This document shows, piece after piece, positions 56,751-64,000 of a stretch of DNA of 64,000 nucleotides. The stretch lies in NCBI GenBank assembly GCA_964035545.1, contig OZ037770.1:12948642-13012641 (forward strand). Direction: 5' to 3'. The stretch is from Bugula neritina (taxonomy: Eukaryota; Animalia; Bryozoa). Position numbers and translations under genes: made by a program. The notes beneath the pieces were generated by a model. The model worked only from the letters and a program-made list of their open reading frames with translations, searched no databases and was not told the origin of the DNA. Every line of letters begins with the position of its first letter. The stretch's first letter is position 1.

Positions 56751-56945
56751 GGCCCTTTAGTGTAATGGTAGGGCGCCTACGAACAAGTTGGAGGTCTCGG
56801 GTTCAAATCCCAGTCAGAGCAAAAGTTTTACATAAAACAGCCTACTTAATATCAACTTGTTTATTTTCAGCAGCGCTTCTTCACTAAAAGCCGGGCCTCA
56901 CACTCCTGAGAATCACACAAAACTCGTGTGACAATTTTTGTAGTT
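56751..56945 (+). mobile_element. tRNA-derived SINE, family B (or tRNA pseudogene)
   Basis: A box TAGTGTAATGG, B box GGTTCAAATCC with T-arm CGGGTTCAAATCCC; no proper acceptor stem; interrupts sequence homologous to the 47.3-kb region. 3' end approximate. Confidence 0.62.
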
Positions 56946-57273
56946 ATCTTCTCTACCAAGTACTACCGAGAGCTACTATTTCTACTATTAAGTGCTACTA
57001 TTAGTACTACTGAGTATGACTATTAATTGCTGCTGTAATTAAGTACTATACTATTGATACTGTTGATAATACAGAGTAGTATAGTAGGCTACTACGTATA
57101 CTATTATAGGATGAACATTCACTATCCATCAGCAAAATACTAAATTATAGCAACAGTTGTTAATATAAGGCTCAGTTAAAAACTATTGCTGCTGTTTTTA
57201 ACAAAGAAGATCTTCTTATCCGCTAAATTTGAAAATTAAATTTTCTCTTCTAAAAAGAAAGAATTACACTGAC

Positions 57274-57350
57274 CTGGTATGTAGAAGTATAGACTGTTGG
57301 ATATTATTATTTCTGTTGAACAAGACTCTTTAATAACACTTCGTATCTAT
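57274..57350 (-). other. Putative 5'-UTR exon of GPCR paralog 2 (5' end approximate)
   Basis: Ends ATACTTCTACATACCAG|gtcagt; homologous to the 48099 exon; CCAAT near 57420. Confidence 0.5.
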
Positions 57351-57957
57351 CAGCAACTCCATTTGTTGCACTGTTACATAGGAGGTCAGTGAAACTAATG
57401 ACCCATCAATATTCTGCAACCAATCAACAACCTCTAAAAGTTATTACTAGCAGCAGACACCATGAGAGTAGCTGTGGAGCTCAGAGTACACAAATTACAG
57501 TAAATTTGTTAACTTTTGCCAATTCCTCCTACCTATCCACCTTCCAATTGTACAAACGGAATAATAAATGATTCTGCTTTAGTGACACAAAAAATAAAAT
57601 TGCATTTATTTTTATTCAACCTTTATGCTGCAAACGTTTAGTTTTTTGTTTGGCATTCCATAAATTAAACTGCTACTACAATGTATTATATTTTACTTAT
57701 TCATGAGCCTATAACTAGTGTAGAAGTTTTATTAGTAATTGTTCAAGGTATCATTTAAGAATTCGATTAGTTTTTGAGTACTTATATTTTCTTTTCAGTG
57801 TCAAGTGTAACGCACTTCCCATGATGAGACAGTGTATGAGTTGTCCTTTCTATTTTATAGTGAGAAGATAACTAATAACACAAGTATAAAGTGCTTGATT
57901 TTGTATCAAGCGTTTCGGTTTCGATTAATAATTCCTGACATAAAGTGTATAATGACT

Positions 57958-58290
57958 GGTGTCCGGTGAAAATGGCACCGGTAAAAATGGCACAGGTAAT
58001 AATGGCACAGGTAATAATGGCACAAATGGCAAAGTAGGTAAAAATGGCACATTTTCAATATTAGGTTTTTGGGGTGAGAGGTTTGGGGTTTAGAATGAGG
58101 GGTTTAGGTTTGGGGATAGGGGTTTGAGTTTGGGGTTTCAAGTGGGGGTTTGGAGTTGGGCAAATTCAACATCAGTGTGCCATTTTTACGTACTTTGCCA
58201 CTTGTGCCATCATTACCTGTGCCATTAGTACCTGGGCTATTTTTACCGTGCCATCTTTACCTGTGCCAATTCTACCAGTGCATATTTTAC
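57958..58290. mobile_element. Foldback MITE with long, internally repetitive TIRs
   Basis: Left arm (GGTAA(A/T)AATGGCACA)n is mirrored by right arm (TGTGCCAT..TTACC)n; central GGGGTTT-like repeats. Confidence 0.82.
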
Positions 58291-58676
58291 CCAAAATTGT
58301 AATGATTATGTTAGAAGAATAACGCTCGACTTTTTATATAGATACTGTAATCGATCACTGTTTCCTATGATAAAACAACAATCGTAACTATTTTTAATTT
58401 TTGTGGGTGAAGAATTTGCACTATCAACCTAGGATCTTGTCAGCTTCCTTCATTCAACTTATCACGCAGAAAACAAGATTCAAATTTAGCCGCTCAACTA
58501 CTATGCGTCCAAGTTAGCATTATATTAATATATATGCGAAACACATTTATAAGTCAACAAAGGTTTAAGTCGGGTTTTATCAAATGTTATATAATGTATT
58601 AGTGAATTTATACATAAAAAAACCAAAAAATATTTTCAAGTGAAAAAATGTATAAATATTATCTGTCATGAAAAAT

Positions 58677-59708
58677 TCAACTTTGAGTTGAAACCAAAAT
58701 GCTCACCGTCTTTGCGTTATAAATTTCAGTGGAGGAATGGTAAGCCTTATTGCTGGAACCTGCACATATAGAGCTAAAAAAGCATTTGAAGATCTTCCAA
58801 CCAAATAAAGCTTGCCTAAACTTTGACCCAGAAATGCAATATATTACGAATGTGTTCGCAACTCCCAAGTATTGTATGGCGTAGCATACTGATCGGAGTA
58901 CTTTTGTTTTAGGGTTATCATTGTCAATCAACTGTACGACCGAGACTGGCAATGTTGTCACTACAAATTGTATATTGACTGCTGTTAACATTAAGGTCAT
59001 GGATCTTCTCGTCTTCACAAGAGTTTTATTTTTGTTCTCAGACTTGATCCTGGTCAAAGAGTGGCGAGTTGCGAAGATAAGCACAACATTGCTTATTATT
59101 ATGATAAAGGCTGGCAGTATGGAGAAACTGATCAGATCAAATACAGACCAGATAGACCAGGCTGGTGATGCTTGTAATTGTTTACACCCATTTTTATAAT
59201 CCAAGGCAAGAACTACAGAACTGTTTAGTCCCAGACATACTAACAGCTCTACACTCACTATAATCAGCCCCTTCTTCCAATTCAGATTATTTGAACCGCA
59301 ATGTTCAGTGTTCCAAACATGTTTGGCTATTTGAAAAGTACGATCTAAGGCTATAGTAGCTTGAATCCACGCTACGTATTGTAAAGCCGTAGATTTTAAT
59401 ATAACTAGAAGGACACAACCCGATTTGAAATATTCTGGAATGGTCCAGTGTAAAACACCTGTGTATAGTGTTAGTAAGCCGGCTAGTGATAGTGCTACTA
59501 TATACACTCCAAATGTCTGAATTCGAAATGACCTTTTCGTGAGTATAACTAACAGAGAGAGAAAGTGGCCTATTGTTCCAGTTGCGAGAATAACTGAACC
59601 ACCATACAATCGAAGGTTTTGTGTAACACATTCTTGATCTGTAGGGTCATAGTCCTGGTGGTGTTTGTCACAAATGTCAGCATAGTTGGGTGGATTCGTA
59701 ACATTCAT
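58677..59708 (-). CDS. Class A GPCR, paralog 3, about 343 aa
   Basis: Same motifs; acceptor catttag just upstream of the ATG. The ORF-track N-terminal extension runs through intron and MITE sequence. Confidence 0.9.
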   Translation of the reverse strand: MNVTNPPNYADICDKHHQDYDPTDQECVTQNLRLYGGSVILATGTIGHFLSLLVILTKRSFRIQTFGVYIVALSLAGLLTLYTGVLHWTIPEYFKSGCVLLVILKSTALQYVAWIQATIALDRTFQIAKHVWNTEHCGSNNLNWKKGLIIVSVELLVCLGLNSSVVLALDYKNGCKQLQASPAWSIWSVFDLISFSILPAFIIIISNVVLIFATRHSLTRIKSENKNKTLVKTRRSMTLMLTAVNIQFVVTTLPVSVVQLIDNDNPKTKVLRSVCYAIQYLGVANTFVIYCISGSKFRQALFGWKIFKCFFSSICAGSSNKAYHSSTEIYNAKTVSILVSTQS

Positions 59709-59757
59709 TCTGTCTCTAAATGTACAACAGAGTGTTAAGTTCATGGTATGATGACGT

Positions 59758-60047
59758 ACCCCCCTAGACACACTTTGCCGCACCGTAGGCCGCAATGTAA
59801 AATGTAGGATATTTTCAATGTGTCCAGGCCTAAGTTCTCAAAGTCCGCTATTGGGTACGATCTATGACATCTCATTGGACATTTATATCTAATGAGTTGG
59901 CGCGAACTCCTTTCCATCCAATAGGAGCCAGACAAAACCTTTTTTTAATCAAGCAGTGCTTGGTTCTGACGTACTTTCGTACCATTTGTAAAAATGGCTG
60001 ACGTTTTACGTTAGGGCCTATGATACGGCAAAGTGTGTCTAGGGGGT
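59758..60047. mobile_element. MITE inserted about 40 bp upstream of the GPCR paralog 3 splice acceptor
   Basis: TIR CCCCCTAGACACACTTTGCCG / CGGCAAAGTGTGTCTAGGGGG, imperfect extension to about 50 bp; absent from the homologous intron of paralogs 1 and 2. Confidence 0.85.
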
Positions 60048-60733
60048 CAAACATGACTACATGAGCTCATCCAGTAATTTAAATTAGAACTGTGATTCCA
60101 GCTGTACCACATAAGTTCAACTACTCTAGACATTTTTATATGAGATGGCAGGAACCAATCTCCGATATCAAATATTTATTAAAAATAAATCTAGTTTGAT
60201 ATACTATATAACTTTTATTAATTTTATTCTTTAAACAGTTTTTTGAAAGACATGTTGGACCTAATAAACTATGTTGAATTTAGAGAAAAAATTTGTTGTT
60301 TCTATTTTGTTATATGGTATAAACAATTGCAAAAATAGTATAATAAAGGCTACAGCTGACTTAAACTTAGAGCTTTTCCTCAAATTAGTGACTATAAGTG
60401 TGCAGCTGAAAAAAGCTGACAGAGTGTTGGGTTGTCTACTCTGTAAATGATGCTAACCAATATTAGTCCGAGTTATTTATTCTGCACGAGAGTCAAACAT
60501 GAGCTATATAGGCATACTGATGGCTGTAAAAAGCAAGTACTTCCTATACATTGCCGTAGTTATAGCAACATTTACAAATAAGTGATATTTATATAATGTT
60601 ACTTTAACGGCTGTTTACCAAGTAGCAGTAAATAGATTTATTTATTTTTCCCAGTTCATGTTTATTACCCATGCCTTTTTTATGTTCTTATGGAACTTTT
60701 GGTTATAAGTATCATAGCCTACTCAGTTAACAT

Positions 60734-61197
60734 CAGGGTTGGGGTCCATTACATATGAATGTAATTAATTGCAATTACAATTACATGGCAATGTAATTAA
60801 TTACAATTACAATTACTTTTGTTCTTACAAGAGACCAATAGAAGTTATATAATCTTCCTTCTGAGGTCCAATTATCAAAGGCAATTTTGACAACAGAAAA
60901 CCTTCTTTGTTCTCAACAGTAACCAATAAGGTGATAAATATGACATGGAATTATTCTAAACTTTTTATTGAACAGTAGGCAAGACAGGAAAGATATGAAT
61001 TTTATTATGATTTAAAAATTTGAAGTAATTATTATGTAATTATAAAGTAATTGTAAAATTCAATTACATAAACAATGTAATTAATTACAATTACAATTAA
61101 ATTTTTATATATCAATTACAAATCATATTCAATTACTTGAAAAAATGTAATTATTTACAACCAATTACAATTAAAATTTACAATTACCTCAACCCTA
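60734..61197. mobile_element. hAT-type MITE, 464 bp, with AATTAC subterminal repeats
   Basis: TIR CAGGGTTGGGGT / ACCTCAACCCTA; perfect 8-bp TSD GTTAACAT (60726-60733, 61198-61205). Confidence 0.9.
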
Positions 61198-61621
61198 GTT
61201 AACATATAATTATAATTCAATTTATGATTGTGATTAGACATTACAGTGATTATTAGCATTTATTATATATTTACAAGTTTATCACAAAATAATGAGTCTC
61301 TGCAAATTATAACATATTAGATAACAGAACTTTATAGGGTAATCTAAATTGAATGTGAATGGTTTGTTAATGATGCTACTAATCATTTTGAACTTTAATT
61401 TGAAATAAACATAGAAATTAAAGATAAAGCACATGCATCTAGTTTAGATGGTATGCTGCTAGCATAATTCAATAATAGCTATATGTGAATGTATGAGCAA
61501 TTTGAATCTGAAGCTGCACTGCTTATGCATGTTTGTGAATGGTAATCAGACTAATGGTGTAATATTAGTTTACAACGTCATGTCATATAGCAGTACTGTT
61601 CAACCTACTTGCTAGTTTGAA

Positions 61622-61790
61622 GTGAAGCAGGTGTAGTGGTTAAATTGAGACCGGCAGTTTGAATGGTTTAGTGATACTAGGAAGGCCACACAGTCATAAT
61701 TGCTCCTGTGACATGTCAGAAAAGACCTTAAAACAAACTTTTCTGTCAGATGCTCTCTCGAGATAGCATATGACTATAAACTTGTGTAAG
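61622..61790 (+). mobile_element. SINE family A-related, diverged copy
   Basis: GGTGTAGTGGTT head; CAGTCATAATTGCTCCTGTG is the exact reverse complement of 63583-63602; tail TGACTATAAACTTGTGTAAG. Confidence 0.6.
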
Positions 61791-62710
61791 ATTTTTATTT
61801 CTTAGCCTGATTTTACATCTTAAATTATCTTTATTGCATTTGAAAGCGGTTATTTTCATTTTCTCATAATTAATATTTCAATAGACAAAAAACTTCTCTC
61901 CTTTGGATAGTTTATAGTTGTATTTGTTTTCTTAATCCTCAGTGTATATAGCTTGTGCTTCAAAGTTTAAAACTGGGCTAGTGATTGGTTTGTGTATTGC
62001 AGGAGCAAGAAGAAATTACTGGCTGCCGCTGTTTTCATGTAAACTAATCATTAATTTGAGGTCATGCAGGTGTAGTAGCAGAGAAATTGAGATAGCATAA
62101 GTTCATAAATTTTCTTTTAAGACTTTGGTTGAAATCCTCATGAGAACATAGCTTTTTTGCTACATTTGTAATTTAGAACACAGGCTTTTCGAAGTTTCAC
62201 CATTACTGCACCTATAATCTCATATTATTTACTAGTAAACCTCTGCAGATAAGATGCAACACACAGCAGTCACAATCTAAATTCTATATCATATGCAGTA
62301 TATATTGTATAATAATAATATTAGTCTCAGTTTGTTACCTTTGGCTCTCCAGTTTGTTGATACAAGTCTTTAGAGATACAGAGAGATGTGTTTACAGTAG
62401 CTTCATATAAACATTCCTTGTGTCTTTCAATTCAGAGTAATCTGGCTTGTCACCTTTTGATCCTGTCAGTCTAAAAACAGTAGCAGTTTATAGCAAGTAT
62501 AAATTCTTCCTCATTAGTAGCCAAAAGGAAATATAAATCATTTAAATAAACTTAATGCATTATTTTACTATACTTACTGCATATTCTTAACTAAGAAATA
62601 CCAATGTTAAAGTAGCTTAAGCTTCCTATAAGAGACGATACATTTAAATATCAGTTTAAATACTTGCAAAGTTTTTTACTGATCTGACTCAATAAAGGAT
62701 GGAATAAAAA

Positions 62711-62840
62711 GCTAACGTGAGTTCACAGTTGCCATCCCTGCAGTGAGAATCTCTGGTAGAAAAAAATATTTTTAAACCGGCCAAGGACTTATTCTAACGG
62801 GAGGCATAAGCAATCATGACTAGATATATTGCTTGATATT
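62711..62840 (-). mobile_element. SINE family A, truncated diverged copy
   Basis: GGCCAAGGACTTATTC...AGCAATCATGACTAGAT colinear with the 15.5-kb and 63.5-kb copies. Confidence 0.55.
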
Positions 62841-63296
62841 ACATATTTTTTCTTAGAATATATGTTGCTGTGTTTTGAGTAGACTGAAAGAGGAGATTCA
62901 AAATGCTTCACTTGATTAAAGATGTTGAAAAGTTGGAGGTTTTTCTAAGAAAATGTTAGCAACATGCGGAACTGTTCAACTGCATCAAACCAGAACTTAT
63001 GAGCCGCAGAGAGACAAAAATTTACATCTCTGTACCTAACAGAATTAATGAGTTAATAATTTGATTAGAATGATTAATTAAAATTACTATTATGACAGTT
63101 CCATCACTAGATGACTACTTGCCTACCATGCAGTATAAGTTATTTATGAATTCATTAGTATTTTGGCTGAGCAAAGTAACACCAGTATAGGAATTGGTGA
63201 ATTGCTAATCTTTATAAAACTTTTTTGTAATTCACAGCAGCTACATCATAACATGTCTAGCTCACTGAGTTTCTACTGGGTCATATGAGCAGATCT

Positions 63297-63310
63297 GTTC
63301 CCATGGAAAC
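63297..63310. promoter_or_regulatory. RFX X-box upstream of GPCR paralog 3 (GTTCCCATGGAAAC)
   Basis: Consensus X-box in conserved paralogous context (GGTCATAT...GATCTGTT-CCATGGAAACC). Confidence 0.7.
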
Positions 63311-63492
63311 CATCAATAATATCTACTAACTCTAGCTTAACAATTAATGTATATTAGAAGATTATAACTTCAGATATCATTAAACTCAGAAGCTACAAAG
63401 CAATAATATATTATGTTGAGCAATAATGCATCTGTAATGTGCTAACAGCTATTATAAAAACCTATAGTTATAACTATAACGTAACAATATAC

Positions 63493-63704
63493 TCACGCAA
63501 GTTTACAGTCACTATCCCGTGAGAAACCCCTGATAGAAAGGGTTTTTGTTAAAGCGGGCTAAGGACTTATATTTAAATGAGGCACAGGAGCAATTATGAC
63601 TGAATGCTTTTCCTAACATCACCAATGGCCTTTGTCAGGGCTTGAACCCATGACCATCGTGTTTACTAGGCAAACGCTCTAACCCCTAGACCACGGCTGC
63701 TCCT
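63493..63704 (-). mobile_element. tRNA-derived SINE, family A, full-length young copy
   Basis: Minus strand begins GGAGCAGCCGTGGTCTAGGGGTTAGAGCG...GGGTTCAAGCCC (A and B boxes); perfect 18-bp TSD TATAACGTAACAATATAC (63475-63492, 63705-63722). Confidence 0.9.
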
Positions 63705-64000
63705 TATAACGTAACAATATACCAAGAAGTAATTATATAGCCATCAACTGCATCAGTAATTATACAATTACTTTCTTTGATATATTATGGTTAAGCTAGT
63801 ATTAAAGTATTACGTAGATCTGCACTGTTTTGTTGACTTGTGGAACTTAGCAAACTATGGTTTGATGCATTTTCCTTAAACGTTATCACTGCAGCTTTCA
63901 CAAGGTCACCAAGGTTTAATTTTGTAACATAAAATTTGGCATGCAAAAGGGAATACAAAAACTTCACTGTCAGATTGACTATTTATGATAGTTATAATGA

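Noticed and set aside
56751-56825. Functional tRNA gene
   Set aside because: A and B boxes are present but acceptor and anticodon stems do not pair convincingly; better explained as a SINE head. tRNAscan-SE would settle it.
42767-59631. Antisense or alternate-frame ORFs over the GPCRs (42767-43183, 53269-53463, 58921-59199, 59305-59631)
   Set aside because: Shadow ORFs; their similarity to each other only reflects GPCR paralogy.
59709-59795. N-terminal extensions of the GPCR ORFs (also 43558-43632 and 53413-53466)
   Set aside because: Not conserved at protein level, contain a splice acceptor, and in copy 3 run into a MITE; treated as intron.

Overview
AT-rich eukaryotic (invertebrate animal) genomic DNA with spliceosomal GT-AG introns; no prokaryotic features. 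(1) A complete 13-exon PRDM3/16 (MECOM/PRDM16/hamlet-like) gene lies on the minus strand, 31993->2657, about 887 aa. I assembled it by hand with consistent splice phases. It includes a 43-nt first coding exon (MRSKGKARKL) 17.4 kb upstream and five exons absent from the ORF track. (2) A 3-exon CHMP5 (ESCRT-III) gene lies on the minus strand, 37081->35126, 220 aa. (3) A probable divergently transcribed small orphan gene (+, 39173-40183, about 129 aa) has an intron filled by a 23x21-bp minisatellite resembling its own splice acceptor. (4) There is a tandem array of three rhodopsin-class GPCR paralogs (minus strand) with one coding exon each. They share unusual substitutions at the sodium-pocket positions, and each has a conserved RFX X-box (GTTNCCATGGAAAC) at the homologous upstream position, suggesting a ciliated-cell receptor cluster. 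(5) Non-autonomous mobile elements are numerous: hAT-type elements with 8-bp TSDs, other TIR/foldback MITEs, and a tRNA-derived SINE family with about 5 copies. Micro- and minisatellites are also present. All gene models are from sequence inspection only; no database search or transcript evidence was available.
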